Shown: positions 1-9,689 of the stretch, piece after piece | Layout: every line of letters starts with the position of its first letter | Numbering within the stretch: the first letter of the stretch is position 1 | Virus record (IMG/VR): IMGVR_UViG_3300018080_000175 | Location: 2,940-66,939 of that record | DNA: 64,000 nt | Strand: one strand, 5' to 3' | Origin: a virus | The notes under the pieces: model-generated | Told to the model about the DNA's origin: nothing | The model's database searches: none | The model's input: only the letters and a program-made list of their open reading frames with translations | Translations under genes and position numbers: made by a program

Positions 1-440
1 TACTCAAGCGACAAAAGGGAAGATGCTGGATTTGTGGTAATAAGCCAAAAGTGGCTTGCTTAGATCATCATCATAAAAAAAGAATAAAAGGAACAGGTCT
101 TGTTCGTGGTGTTTTATGTTCTGCCTGTAATGTTTTCATTGCAAAAAGCGAGAACAATGCTCTAAGATACGGAGTAACAAAAGAAGAACTTCCAAAAACA
201 TTGCGTAAAATTGCAGACTACTTAGAAAAACCTCATTATCCATATATTCATCCAAGTGAAAAACCAAAAGATCCTGTACTCAGCAAAAGAAACTTTAATG
301 TTTTGGCAAAAGCACACGCTTTGAAATATCCAAATAGAAAAAAATTACAATACCCAAAATCTAAAAAACTTACCAAGAATTTGACAAAGATTTATGCTGA
401 ATTTGGACTTAACCCAGAATTCTTGAAAAGTAAGAGATAA
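1..440 (+). CDS. Recombination endonuclease VII (Holliday junction resolvase), 5' partial
   Basis: The frame is open from the window start (LKRQKGRCWICG) and continues LDHHH..TGLVRGVLCSACN, the CxxC..DHxH..RGxLCxxCN signature of the T4 endo VII family. Confidence 0.85.
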   Translation, partial: LKRQKGRCWICGNKPKVACLDHHHKKRIKGTGLVRGVLCSACNVFIAKSENNALRYGVTKEELPKTLRKIADYLEKPHYPYIHPSEKPKDPVLSKRNFNVLAKAHALKYPNRKKLQYPKSKKLTKNLTKIYAEFGLNPEFLKSKR

Positions 441-527
441 ACAATACATGGAGACTTTACAACAAGCAAGGCGCACTTGGAAAAGCATTTTAATTACAGA
501 GATTTAATGGGAGGCATAGTATAAATA

Positions 528-911
528 ATGCGTGGACAAATAGGTAAATTATTCGGCATGGAAGTATTAGTAAATGACAATGCTTTGACCAGTGAAATTA
601 TATTTACCAAAAAACAAACAAGAAAATTCACAAACACTCGTTGGGTCAAAAAGTATAGGAAGAAATATTCCTATACTAAATATACACCAGCAATGTATCA
701 GATACATGACCAGTTTGTGATTCATCCTAAACTGTGGGACGATTTAAAGGAGAAAATGGAAAATGATTCAAAAACCATTAGAGCAGAATCAGGCAACAGT
801 AGTTTCGGAGGAAGTCTTACAAGAATTCCAGGGTATGAACAGCCGCCAAAGCTCAGAATATCAACTAACCCAATGGGTAGCTGGTCGCTCTATTCACAAC
901 CCGGTGCGTGA
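528..911 (+). CDS. hypothetical protein
   Basis: 127-aa ORF co-oriented in a dense operon. Confidence 0.55.
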   Translation: MRGQIGKLFGMEVLVNDNALTSEIIFTKKQTRKFTNTRWVKKYRKKYSYTKYTPAMYQIHDQFVIHPKLWDDLKEKMENDSKTIRAESGNSSFGGSLTRIPGYEQPPKLRISTNPMGSWSLYSQPGA

Positions 912-1107
912 TGAATGTTGTCCTGATTTTAGCTGTTGTAATCCCAAAGGACTTATGGATAAAGATTTAAGAATTAAATTTGCTGATGCTCATAAAAGAG
1001 GCGATTCAAAGACAGAAAGTGAAATACTTGGAATGGCTTTATCTGGAATTACTTCAAGCATGGGAATTGACGTTCATATTGCCGGTGAAAATATCACAAT
1101 AAATTAA
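763..1107 (+). CDS. hypothetical protein with Cys cluster (DECCPDFSCCNP)
   Basis: 114-aa ORF with a GGAG RBS; it overlaps the previous ORF. Confidence 0.6.
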   Translation: MIQKPLEQNQATVVSEEVLQEFQGMNSRQSSEYQLTQWVAGRSIHNPVRDECCPDFSCCNPKGLMDKDLRIKFADAHKRGDSKTESEILGMALSGITSSMGIDVHIAGENITIN

Positions 1108-1117
1108 GGATGATACA

Positions 1118-1516
1118 ATGGGAGTTACCAGTACGCAAGAATATGCAAAAATGATTGAACAAAGATATTGTGCGAAATACAATGTCGATGCATTTTCATC
1201 TAAAGAAATGTGGCATGAACAGCCGGCACGAATTGAAGAAGACGTAATTTGGTGGTTTTTTAATCTAAGAATGGAAAGAAGAAAGGTTAGATTTTATCGC
1301 TGGTTATTCAGATGGGAAAAGTACGGCGGAATACATGAAGTAGTTTTTGACCCAATCCTAAAGAAAAAAGTAAAAGAAGTCGGCAAATTAAAGAAAAATA
1401 TTCATTGGTATATAGATGAAAATGCAATGAATAGAGAATTAAAAAAATTAATAACCGATCATAATGAAAAATTAAAAAAGGAAATGGATAATGGATTACA
1501 CTCAAGCAATAATTGA
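1118..1516 (+). CDS. hypothetical protein
   Basis: 132-aa ORF with an AAGGA RBS. Confidence 0.6.
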   Translation: MGVTSTQEYAKMIEQRYCAKYNVDAFSSKEMWHEQPARIEEDVIWWFFNLRMERRKVRFYRWLFRWEKYGGIHEVVFDPILKKKVKEVGKLKKNIHWYIDENAMNRELKKLITDHNEKLKKEMDNGLHSSNN

Positions 1517-2069
1517 TTTGGCAAGACATCATTTAACAGAAAATGGGTTCAAACTGCTTATGAAAATTGAAAGTAAAATGCCGGATATCTGGGACAAACC
1601 TTCATCTTCAACTGGAAAGTATCATAAAAAAGCTGACGGATCAGTTCCGTCTATTGCACACCATACATATGAAATGTTCTATGCAGGAGCCAAAATAATT
1701 CGCATGTTTGGGGGTAAATTAAAATCCACTCAAAACGATGCATTTCTAATGGCTATTGTTTTGCATGACATCCAAAAATACGGAAAGAAAGGAACAAATC
1801 CTCATACAACTCCAAATCATGACAAAACAATGGCAGATTTACTCTTGAAAAACAGGAAAACTTTACTGAAACATTTCTCTGAATTAGAAATGGAAATCTT
1901 AATCAGTGGTGTTCGTTATCATTCTGGCAGATGGAGCAAAAGCGTGACAAACATGCATGAATTTGATTTTTCGGACTATCATCCTGTTGTAATGTTCACT
2001 CACATGCTTGATATGATGTCAACTGCCGATGTTCTTCAATTCCCACATGTTGATAATGAGGGCAGATAA
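1491..2069 (+). CDS. HD-superfamily metal-dependent phosphohydrolase
   Basis: Motif order SSTGKYH..AHHT..LHDIQKYG..RYHSGRW..HMLDMMS (H..HD..H..D). Confidence 0.8.
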   Translation: MDYTQAIIDLARHHLTENGFKLLMKIESKMPDIWDKPSSSTGKYHKKADGSVPSIAHHTYEMFYAGAKIIRMFGGKLKSTQNDAFLMAIVLHDIQKYGKKGTNPHTTPNHDKTMADLLLKNRKTLLKHFSELEMEILISGVRYHSGRWSKSVTNMHEFDFSDYHPVVMFTHMLDMMSTADVLQFPHVDNEGR

Positions 2070-2330
2070 TTGGCAAAAATAGAAAGCATAGGACACTTAA
2101 AAGAGGATGCATTGCTTGTTACTCCAGAGCAATGCATTAAAAGTGTCCTGAATGATGATCTGGGAAAACGTGGAGCTTTTAAAAATGGAAAGAAAATCAT
2201 TGTTATTGCATTGGATGATTCTGACGGAGAATACCAGTTTAGTTTCTCACAAGGTGGATTCAAAGTGAGTGAGATATTGGCACTTCTATCTGTGGTTAAA
2301 AAATACTTTATCAATATGATGGGGTTCTAA
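2070..2330 (+). CDS. hypothetical protein
   Basis: 86-aa ORF with a TTG start abutting the previous stop. Confidence 0.55.
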   Translation: MAKIESIGHLKEDALLVTPEQCIKSVLNDDLGKRGAFKNGKKIIVIALDDSDGEYQFSFSQGGFKVSEILALLSVVKKYFINMMGF

Positions 2331-2340
2331 GGAGACAATT

Positions 2341-2607
2341 ATGGGCTGGGGCGATTGTGGAACAGACAGTAAGGGTAGACCAATAGGGTATGTGTTTCCT
2401 GCAACTTGTGATCACCCTGATTGTCTTGAAGAAATTGATCGTGGTCTTGCTTATGCTTGCGGTGATATGCACGGAGAAGATGAATACTCCTGTGAAAAAT
2501 ATTTCTGTTACAAGCACAAAATGGAATTGATTAAAACACATGACGGACGGTATGTAGCTGTATGTGAGGACTGTTACAATGAATCTTTATGGGATGAGGA
2601 AGAATAA
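2341..2607 (+). CDS. Cys/His-rich putative zinc-binding phage protein
   Basis: CDHPDC..ACG..SCEKYFCYKH..CEDC; AAGGAG RBS. Confidence 0.65.
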   Translation: MGWGDCGTDSKGRPIGYVFPATCDHPDCLEEIDRGLAYACGDMHGEDEYSCEKYFCYKHKMELIKTHDGRYVAVCEDCYNESLWDEEE

Positions 2608-2888
2608 TGAAAAAAATTCCAGTTAAGAAATACATGTACACCAATACGTTTAATGGTGAAATTCATAAAGTAGAAATTCAAAGGCGTACTGATAAATCTG
2701 TGGTATTATGGCACGGAGGCACGGCACGAATTAAAACCAAGGACACTATCTTTTGTGATACTCCTGAGGAAGCATTTGAATTCCATATAGACATGCTGTG
2801 TGGTGAAGTGTCAAGACGTAAAAGAGCATACCTTCAATATAAGAAAAAGTATGATAAATTTATGGAAAAGGGGATGATATGCAAATAG
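2607..2888 (+). CDS. hypothetical protein
   Basis: TAATG stop-start coupling. Confidence 0.6.
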   Translation: MKKIPVKKYMYTNTFNGEIHKVEIQRRTDKSVVLWHGGTARIKTKDTIFCDTPEEAFEFHIDMLCGEVSRRKRAYLQYKKKYDKFMEKGMICK

Positions 2889-3409
2889 AACTAAAACAAA
2901 ACCTGCTTAGATTTTTGCAAAAGATTATCAACTCTGTTCCTGGCGTTCATTCTAAAGAAATTACTGCCGAAGCATTTGAATTGGAAATGAACCTAAGAAT
3001 GAGTAGAAGAAACCTTAACCTGAGAATTCCAAAAGAAATGTATGAACTTTTGTCTGGTCTAACCGAGTATCAAAGAGAACACTATGAAACAATTTCCTGG
3101 TTAACTGATCCAATGGGCCCACGTGCTATGGGGAAAACTCATTTAATGGCTATATCGTTTATTCAGCACTCCTTGTTTTTCGGGACATGGGTGACTATAT
3201 ATAACCATAATAATAGTCCTGATGCTATTCGTGAAATGGTAGACAGGATTCAAAAGATTGTCAGTGAAATGGATGATCTTAGATTGTCAGTGAGAGGAAT
3301 GGGGCCCAGTAGAAGTATGCACAATAAACCATCAATCCTTGTTGCAAGAATCCCAAGTGAAAAACTAATGTACAAAGGAGAATGGAAAAATGAGCGGAAA
3401 GATAAATAG
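2879..3409 (+). CDS. hypothetical protein with Walker-A-like motif (GPRAMGKT)
   Basis: 176-aa ORF; GxxxxGKT is present but there is no clear Walker B. Confidence 0.5.
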   Translation: MQIELKQNLLRFLQKIINSVPGVHSKEITAEAFELEMNLRMSRRNLNLRIPKEMYELLSGLTEYQREHYETISWLTDPMGPRAMGKTHLMAISFIQHSLFFGTWVTIYNHNNSPDAIREMVDRIQKIVSEMDDLRLSVRGMGPSRSMHNKPSILVARIPSEKLMYKGEWKNERKDK

Positions 3410-3641
3410 AAAAAGGCACGATATAAAATTAACAGAAGAACTCCTTCTCAGTTTACTTAAAGGCAAAAAAATTCAATTTATTATTCGTGACTTAGATTCC
3501 GAAGAAATAGAATTTAATATCAGGCCTCCTTTTGAAGGAACATGGATCACTCATGAGGAAATTAATCAGTTGCAATACAATGCTGAAATGGGCGTTTTGA
3601 ATATAATGGAAAGACTTGCAAAAGAAAGGATAATAGGATAA
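3390..3641 (+). CDS. hypothetical protein
   Basis: Coupled ORF with a GGAG RBS. Confidence 0.55.
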   Translation: MSGKINRKRHDIKLTEELLLSLLKGKKIQFIIRDLDSEEIEFNIRPPFEGTWITHEEINQLQYNAEMGVLNIMERLAKERIIG

Positions 3642-3973
3642 TGGATACTTGGACTCCGCCAGAACCTCCTTTTAAGAATGTTGACTTTCAACATCTTAAA
3701 TATAATGAGGAAAATGTGTGGGTAGGTAAAACAGCATTCAAATTCTATCATGATCAAAGATGTCCAAATTGTAATTATTGTTCAGTAGGATATAATGATT
3801 TGAGAAGCGAAGGTCCCTGGAATTTTACGTGCGTTTCATGTCATTACGAATGGTCAGTTTCAATGCTTACAGATGCCAAAGAAAATAGAAGAAAAATATT
3901 AAGAATATTGAAAGACATTGACAGAAAAATTGGAGAAGCACTTGCTATTGAAAGGAGATATGTCAAGCGATGA
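3641..3973 (+). CDS. zinc-ribbon protein
   Basis: CPNC..CVSC; TAATG coupling. Confidence 0.6.
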   Translation: MDTWTPPEPPFKNVDFQHLKYNEENVWVGKTAFKFYHDQRCPNCNYCSVGYNDLRSEGPWNFTCVSCHYEWSVSMLTDAKENRRKILRILKDIDRKIGEALAIERRYVKR

Positions 3974-4314
3974 TTGAATTTATATGCGCTGGTTGTGGTA
4001 ATCCTATATATGTATCAAACTCTTTGACAATAGCGAGTGTTACCACAATCAAAATGGAGCCATGTGAATATTGTGTTGAAACAAGATGCAATGACGAAGG
4101 TTGTTCCAAGTTCAATGCACTCAGAGATGATTTACAAGCTACCATTACACAGCAAAATGTTGACATTGAAGGCAATGATGAAATGATCCAAAAGATCAGA
4201 AAATTGTCAGAGGAATGGGGAGGGAAGATTGAAAAAGAAATAAACGATATATTGGAGGGAGATGCAGATGTCAAAAAAGAGGAAATTGACCAAGAATCAG
4301 AAAAAAGCACTTAA
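3970..4314 (+). CDS. hypothetical Cys-rich protein
   Basis: CAGC..CEYC; ATGA coupling. Confidence 0.55.
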   Translation: MIEFICAGCGNPIYVSNSLTIASVTTIKMEPCEYCVETRCNDEGCSKFNALRDDLQATITQQNVDIEGNDEMIQKIRKLSEEWGGKIEKEINDILEGDADVKKEEIDQESEKST

Positions 4315-4477
4315 ATTCGTTCATAAATGTGGAGGTTCTTGTGGTTGGAATGAAAAAGGACTTTCTGTAAAAATGTCAGAAAGATTGGTTGATCTTGCTT
4401 TTATGGAATTAGTTGAATCTTTTCTTGAAACTGAAACGTGGAAAATAACTAAAGAAGGTAAAAAATATGTCAAATAA
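4262..4477 (+). CDS. hypothetical protein
   Basis: 71-aa ORF with a GGAGGG RBS. Confidence 0.5.
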   Translation: MQMSKKRKLTKNQKKALKFVHKCGGSCGWNEKGLSVKMSERLVDLAFMELVESFLETETWKITKEGKKYVK

Positions 4478-5906
4478 ATATAATGGACTGCTTTGCACTG
4501 AATGTAATATGCCCTTGTTTGAAACAAGAAGTGGGGATGTTTGTGTAAACGGACATGGCGGAAATGAAGGATGGGATCCGGAGGAACACATGTCACTTGA
4601 TTATATATATGACTGGTTAGATAATATTAAAAACACTTCTGGAACAAATGATAAAATAGCTTTATTGATTCAATATTTGGCTGATGATGGGTTTTTACAA
4701 ATTATCAAACTGATGTATGATGATAAATTACATTACGGCGTTAAACAAATGCCGTTATGTGAGAAACGAAAATTCAACAGACAAAACTTGATTAAATTTT
4801 TGTTAACCCTGTCAAAACAAAAAGGCACCTCAGATTCTGATAAAGGAAGGCTTGCTGAACTCTGTTCCGTTGATTCTAAAACTAAAAAAGTAGTCCACAT
4901 GATCATCAATAAAGATGCTAAAAGTGGATTCGGAGCAAAGACCATAAACAAAGCCTATCCCGATACTGTCTACATTGAGTCATATATGCGATGCAGTACC
5001 GAGAAAAAAGTGGACAATATTGTCTATCCTGCTTTTGTTCAACAAAAAGCTAATGGTATGTTTTGCAATCTCAAGCTTTATAAAAACGGAAAGTTAGAAT
5101 TTATATCAAGAAATGGTAAAAAGATTCATCAATTAGGCAGACTCAAACAACTTTTGAAAAAAAGAATCCCAAAAAAGTTCTGGGGAGTTGTAATTCATGG
5201 CGAATTGGAAGTAGAGATTGATGGAGTCATTCAAGACAGACAAACAGGCAACGGTATTTTGAATTCTTGCTTATCCAATACAGCAGATCAAAAATTGGCA
5301 GATTGCGTCATATTAAAAATTTGGGATGCTGTCCCGATGAAAGCGTATAATAATCATTTCTTTGATCTTTCGTATGAAAAGAGACTCAAGAGATGCAGAC
5401 GTATAGTAAAACACGTTAAATACAAATCCTTTACATGTATTCGTACTAAAATCGTTCATTCTTTCAAAGAAGCTCAAGAATTTTATAAACTTATTAGAAG
5501 TTTGGGCGGTGAAGGCGCAGTATTGAAAAATTTCAATCTGAAATGGAAAAATCATACCGCAACAGAAGCCATCAAAATGAAAAACATTTCTGAGGGTGAA
5601 TTTCGCATTGTAAGATTGAATAAAGGTAAACCAGGAACTAAATGGGAAAATAATGTCGGATCAATAGAATGCGAATCAGAATGTGGTAAGGTCAAATTCT
5701 CTGTTGGCGGTCTTACAGATGAAGAACATCTAAGAGATTGGGATGATTGGTTAACCGATATCGGATCTGTTTGCTCTTGTGAATTCGAAGGTCTTATCAA
5801 AGATAAAAAGAGAAAAGACATTTACTCTTTATATCTACCAAGAAATCTTGTGCTTAGACCAGAAAGAACATATGCAGATACCTTAAAAGACTTACAAACA
5901 AGATAG
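4467..5906 (+). CDS. lig: ATP-dependent DNA ligase (T4 gp30-like) with N-terminal Cys/His extension
   Basis: Motifs I QQKANGM, Ia SRNGK, III IHGEL, IIIa IWDAV, IV EGAVLKN, V IKMK, and a C-terminal OB fold ending SLYLPR..RPE. Confidence 0.9.
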   Translation: MSNKYNGLLCTECNMPLFETRSGDVCVNGHGGNEGWDPEEHMSLDYIYDWLDNIKNTSGTNDKIALLIQYLADDGFLQIIKLMYDDKLHYGVKQMPLCEKRKFNRQNLIKFLLTLSKQKGTSDSDKGRLAELCSVDSKTKKVVHMIINKDAKSGFGAKTINKAYPDTVYIESYMRCSTEKKVDNIVYPAFVQQKANGMFCNLKLYKNGKLEFISRNGKKIHQLGRLKQLLKKRIPKKFWGVVIHGELEVEIDGVIQDRQTGNGILNSCLSNTADQKLADCVILKIWDAVPMKAYNNHFFDLSYEKRLKRCRRIVKHVKYKSFTCIRTKIVHSFKEAQEFYKLIRSLGGEGAVLKNFNLKWKNHTATEAIKMKNISEGEFRIVRLNKGKPGTKWENNVGSIECESECGKVKFSVGGLTDEEHLRDWDDWLTDIGSVCSCEFEGLIKDKKRKDIYSLYLPRNLVLRPERTYADTLKDLQTR

Positions 5907-5915
5907 GAGAAATCA

Positions 5916-6506
5916 ATGGCATATCGCAGATTAAACAAATCAATAAGATCAGAAATCAGAAGTTCCATTGAATTAAGTGTAAAAGCCAAAATGAAAGAAT
6001 CAATTCCTGGAATTGAACTGAACGAAGCTCATAGAAAGATTACCGAATTTATTGTAAAGGAATTGAAAAAAAGATTCACAGAAAAAGAAATGGTAATATT
6101 AAGAAAATACAAACATGTCAAACATTTGTCAGAAATTAAGCTTGCCAAAAGTAAAGACAAGCTTACAAATCCATGGAATACTGGAACTTACTTCACTTTA
6201 AAGTTTGACGAAGTTGAAGTACCAAATACAGGCGACTTTAGCAAAAGCAGTATAATAGAAATTTTACAAAACGATGATAGAATGCGTGAATTGGCATTTC
6301 AGGCACTTAAAATTTTCGAACATATCAAATGCGAGGTACTTGCCACAACCAACGCATACATGGAAATTGTTGAAACATACCGAACAGAAAAAGCACTCAT
6401 TGAAGATTATCCTGATATTGAAAAACATATCCCCAAAGCTGAGGATATGGACAGTCCGTCAATTTCAAAAGAAGCCAAATCCATTGTTAAAAATTTTAAA
6501 CTATAA
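5916..6506 (+). CDS. hypothetical protein, possibly Nmad5 (nucleotide-modification-associated domain 5) family
   Basis: N-terminal RLNKSIRSEI and C-terminal YRTEKALIEDYPD..HIP resemble the RLxxxxRxxI..TxKxLxxxxPE pattern as I recall it for Nmad5; not searched. Confidence 0.45.
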   Translation: MAYRRLNKSIRSEIRSSIELSVKAKMKESIPGIELNEAHRKITEFIVKELKKRFTEKEMVILRKYKHVKHLSEIKLAKSKDKLTNPWNTGTYFTLKFDEVEVPNTGDFSKSSIIEILQNDDRMRELAFQALKIFEHIKCEVLATTNAYMEIVETYRTEKALIEDYPDIEKHIPKAEDMDSPSISKEAKSIVKNFKL

Positions 6507-6552
6507 GAGTCAGAATGATAAAAAAAATAATTAAAAAATCATTAAATTCTTA

Positions 6553-6581
6553 TTGATTTTGCTTTAAAATAGTAGTACAAC
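6553..6581 (+). promoter_or_regulatory. possible sigma70-type promoter giving a leaderless mRNA
   Basis: TTGATT-N17-TACAAC in an AT-rich gap; the ATG at 6589 follows 7 nt later with no RBS. Confidence 0.4.
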
Positions 6582-6588
6582 TATTTGT

Positions 6589-6771
6589 ATGAAAAAAAAT
6601 CAAAAAAATATACGGCCTTACGGAAAAAATGAATTCTGTAGGGCCGTAGTATGTCCATGGCTTGATCACATAAATCTAACTTGCACAAACAAAGATGGAT
6701 GTTGGTACACAGCAAAAGATTTTCATCATTGGCTAAAAACAAATAAATTCAAAATTGTTAAGGATGATTAA
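6589..6771 (+). CDS. small Cys-rich hypothetical protein
   Basis: 60-aa ORF, TAATG-coupled to the next gene. Confidence 0.55.
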   Translation: MKKNQKNIRPYGKNEFCRAVVCPWLDHINLTCTNKDGCWYTAKDFHHWLKTNKFKIVKDD

Positions 6772-7031
6772 TGCAAAAGTTATTGACTAAAAAGCAAAGA
6801 CTGGAACAGCAGGCAAAGAAAATGATGATATGCACTGCTACCAAGAAAAAAGAACACTGCATCGTTCAATGCTTTCATGGCATTCCTCATAAAAAAGAAT
6901 CTGGTAGAGAAGCGTGTCATCTCAATTCAGAATATTGTGATATTTTAAGTCCAAGAATAGTAAAAGTGACATGCAAACCTTTAAATAAAAAACAACAAAA
7001 ACAATGGATCAAAGAGGAGATGAAAAAGTAA
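6771..7031 (+). CDS. Cys/His-rich hypothetical protein
   Basis: Coupled ORF. Confidence 0.55.
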   Translation: MQKLLTKKQRLEQQAKKMMICTATKKKEHCIVQCFHGIPHKKESGREACHLNSEYCDILSPRIVKVTCKPLNKKQQKQWIKEEMKK

Positions 7032-7480
7032 TGAAAGCAGACCACAAAACATTGATGAAAGCGGCAGAATTAGGAATCATGAGAAGTTTGCCTGATTTCT
7101 TAGCCGTCAAACCAAAGATGGGAAGACTTCGCAGAAGGTTCGAAGAAGTTGGTATGATTGTTGATTTTGAATTGAAAAAAATGTACTCCCAGAATAATCA
7201 TCTTTTTACTGATAACAAAGATGAAATGGCAGTATATCTTGAAAAATTCGGTAAGATTATGGGATTTGGAAATGTCAAGAAAAAGACTGATATCCATGTT
7301 GCCTCTATAATTTCCTTTTGTCTTTGCTTTCTTGAAAATACACAATCAAACTATCCTGCAAAATTATCTGTATATCTTCAAGACATGTTGGATTATTATG
7401 AACGGGCTGATAATATGAAATATAGTGATTTCACCGTTGGTGTAAATTTCAATGCTGAATGGGAAAAGCTGAAACAATAA
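7031..7480 (+). CDS. hypothetical protein
   Basis: Start reassigned to the TAATG-coupled ATG (MKADHK). Confidence 0.6.
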   Translation: MKADHKTLMKAAELGIMRSLPDFLAVKPKMGRLRRRFEEVGMIVDFELKKMYSQNNHLFTDNKDEMAVYLEKFGKIMGFGNVKKKTDIHVASIISFCLCFLENTQSNYPAKLSVYLQDMLDYYERADNMKYSDFTVGVNFNAEWEKLKQ

Positions 7481-7614
7481 TGAAAATCACCCTAAAAGAA
7501 TATCAAATCTCATACACACCTTTTGTTGTATTCTATAGCAAAATAGTATGGAATGATGATTGGTCTTGGTGGGGTGATACTGAACATTATATCAAACTGT
7601 ATTGGAGAGATTGA
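7480..7614 (+). CDS. 44-aa Trp-rich peptide (not in ORF track)
   Basis: MKITLKEYQISYTPFVVFYSKIVWNDDWSWWGDTEHYIKLYWRD; TAATG-coupled and fills the operon gap. Confidence 0.5.
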   Translation: MKITLKEYQISYTPFVVFYSKIVWNDDWSWWGDTEHYIKLYWRD

Positions 7615-7616
7615 CA

Positions 7617-7766
7617 ATGGAATACGAATGTCCTGTATGTGGAGGTGGTCCTGTGTATCAGGATCGTCTTGATAGTCAAATGAAAGAGGCACATTGTGAT
7701 GATTGCGGTACACTTTTTTCTGAAAAAGAATATCTTAACATTGTAGGAGAAGATGATGGGCGATAA
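7617..7766 (+). CDS. 49-aa zinc-ribbon protein (not in ORF track)
   Basis: MEYECPVCGG..AHCDDCG; GGAG RBS. Confidence 0.6.
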   Translation: MEYECPVCGGGPVYQDRLDSQMKEAHCDDCGTLFSEKEYLNIVGEDDGR

Positions 7767-7944
7767 TCCTGAATTCGTTGGAGAAGTAAAGTCAGTTGGA
7801 CAAAATGCATGTTTGATCAATGTTGATGGAGTCACAGGATGGGTGCCTGATTCAGAGGCAGATTACATTGATGAACCTGAAAGAGGCAAAGAAATTCGAT
7901 TCACTATCCCTATGTGGTTAGCTGAGAAAAAGGAATTCATCTAA
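7753..7944 (+). CDS. small beta-barrel-like hypothetical protein
   Basis: 63 aa, AGGAG RBS, WVPDS..IPMWLAEKK. Confidence 0.6.
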   Translation: MMGDNPEFVGEVKSVGQNACLINVDGVTGWVPDSEADYIDEPERGKEIRFTIPMWLAEKKEFI

Positions 7945-8183
7945 TGCAAATAATTGGTTGGACACTTGGACAATGGAGTCTTGCTTTAGCAAAATTTGAT
8001 ATTGAAGTTATGAGTATCGGACAAGCTCTTGATATTAAAAGAGAATATTTAATAAAATATAGGACTTCTCCAATTGACAAACCTACAATCTATAATCCAA
8101 ACGGTGATGAAAGAAAACGTGATTGGGATAATGCAGACAAATTATTGAAATTAGTCTTAGCGAAAGGAGTAATGATAGGATGA
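7944..8183 (+). CDS. hypothetical protein
   Basis: Coupled ORF. Confidence 0.55.
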   Translation: MQIIGWTLGQWSLALAKFDIEVMSIGQALDIKREYLIKYRTSPIDKPTIYNPNGDERKRDWDNADKLLKLVLAKGVMIG

Positions 8184-8548
8184 GTGAGAAGATAAAAATT
8201 TATGTGTGGCCCGATGGAGACTGGTATTCGGAAGAAGATATTGTTGATTTTGAATGGTTAGGAAAAAGCGATGACTTCAAAGAATATGAGGTTCCCATTG
8301 AACTTGAGGCAGATGATATTGATGAACTGATTTCATTGAATGCGTTGCCTGGAATGCTGCCAGACAAACCCGTTGGTCTTGAACATCAGGGCATAGTATC
8401 AGTGCCAGAAGGATGTATTCTAATTGTACATCATTCAAAAGACATTGAATACAATGCCGTTACAATGCTGGAAGATAAGCTGATCGTCAATGCTCCTGGC
8501 GTTTATGTTGAAGTAATTACTCCTAAAGAAGGAGAAAAAGATGCATAG
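8180..8548 (+). CDS. acidic hypothetical protein
   Basis: ATGA-coupled ORF. Confidence 0.6.
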   Translation: MSEKIKIYVWPDGDWYSEEDIVDFEWLGKSDDFKEYEVPIELEADDIDELISLNALPGMLPDKPVGLEHQGIVSVPEGCILIVHHSKDIEYNAVTMLEDKLIVNAPGVYVEVITPKEGEKDA

Positions 8549-9029
8549 ACCTGACTGGATTGAATATTTTTTTAATATAACCAAAGTTGTTGCTGAACGA
8601 AGTTCATGCTTAAACAGGCAAATAGGTGCCATTGCTGTAAAGGATAAACGAATATTAACAACAGGTTACAATGGCGCTCCAACAGGAATTAAACACTGTT
8701 TTGATCGTGGGGGATGTATTAGGAAAAAACTACAAATACCGTCAGGCGAACAGCAACAAAAATGCATTGCGATTCATGCAGAAGAAAATTTAATGGTTCA
8801 AGCGGCCCTTCACGGAATAAGCCTTAAAGATTGTGATATTTATTGTCTTAATCAACCATGTGTTATGTGTTGTAGAAAAATAATCAGTCTTAAACCAAAA
8901 AACTTATTTTATACTGGATCTTACCCAGACAAAGATTCAATTGAACTGTTGCGAGAAGTTGCTTTCATGGAAGTTTTAGAAGACGTAAGTAATAATATAC
9001 CGTGCGTAGTACATTGGGAGTTTAAATAA
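8541..9029 (+). CDS. dCMP deaminase
   Basis: RSSC..GYNGAP..HAEEN..PCVMC zinc-dependent deaminase motifs. Confidence 0.92.
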   Translation: MHRPDWIEYFFNITKVVAERSSCLNRQIGAIAVKDKRILTTGYNGAPTGIKHCFDRGGCIRKKLQIPSGEQQQKCIAIHAEENLMVQAALHGISLKDCDIYCLNQPCVMCCRKIISLKPKNLFYTGSYPDKDSIELLREVAFMEVLEDVSNNIPCVVHWEFK

Positions 9030-9238
9030 TGATTATTCACAAAGATATTGACGGACATGATCTCACAGAAGGAACAAGAGTTGCTTTTGTAGACATGATC
9101 AGCAGAACCGGACTTGACAGAGGCGTAATTGTTGGATCAACAAAACAACGAGTCAAAGTAAAAATTGATGGAGAATTAAATCCAGCTTCAAAAACTCCAA
9201 GAAACGTTGTTAAACTCATTAATCAAGAGACAAAATAA
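9029..9238 (+). CDS. small SH3-like hypothetical protein
   Basis: Coupled 69-aa ORF. Confidence 0.55.
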   Translation: MIIHKDIDGHDLTEGTRVAFVDMISRTGLDRGVIVGSTKQRVKVKIDGELNPASKTPRNVVKLINQETK

Positions 9239-9420
9239 TGGCAACTATTTACGAAGATGTTGGACAAAATCTAAGCAGTGAGAAAGCTCTTGTGGTTGTT
9301 CTGTCGTATAAAGAGGCTAAAGTAATGAATGATGCTTTAGAGGAATATACAAAGAATAACAAAAGGAAAAAGATTGCCAAAAGACTTTACTCTCAATTTT
9401 ATAAGGAGCTTCCATACTGA
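9238..9420 (+). CDS. hypothetical protein
   Basis: Coupled 60-aa ORF. Confidence 0.55.
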   Translation: MATIYEDVGQNLSSEKALVVVLSYKEAKVMNDALEEYTKNNKRKKIAKRLYSQFYKELPY

Positions 9421-9689
9421 TGAAAATCACTATAGAATTAGATGATCTTGATAAAATCACAGAAAACATTAATGCTGTTGAAAGAGCAAGCTGTACTCCT
9501 CAAGTCGGATTGAAAGCATCTGTATTGTTGGTAGATGTAAAAAGTATTTTGATAGCTATCAAGGACGCTTATGAGAAAGAAAAGAATGCTCCTTGTAGGT
9601 GCAGAACTTGTAAAGGAACTGGAGTATTAAAAGCCCCAGATGATATTTATGATACATGCTTTCATTGCAAAGGAAAAGGAACTGTATGA
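9420..9689 (+). CDS. protein with DnaJ-type CxxCxGxG zinc finger
   Basis: CRTCKGTG and CFHCKGKG. Confidence 0.65.
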   Translation: MKITIELDDLDKITENINAVERASCTPQVGLKASVLLVDVKSILIAIKDAYEKEKNAPCRCRTCKGTGVLKAPDDIYDTCFHCKGKGTV

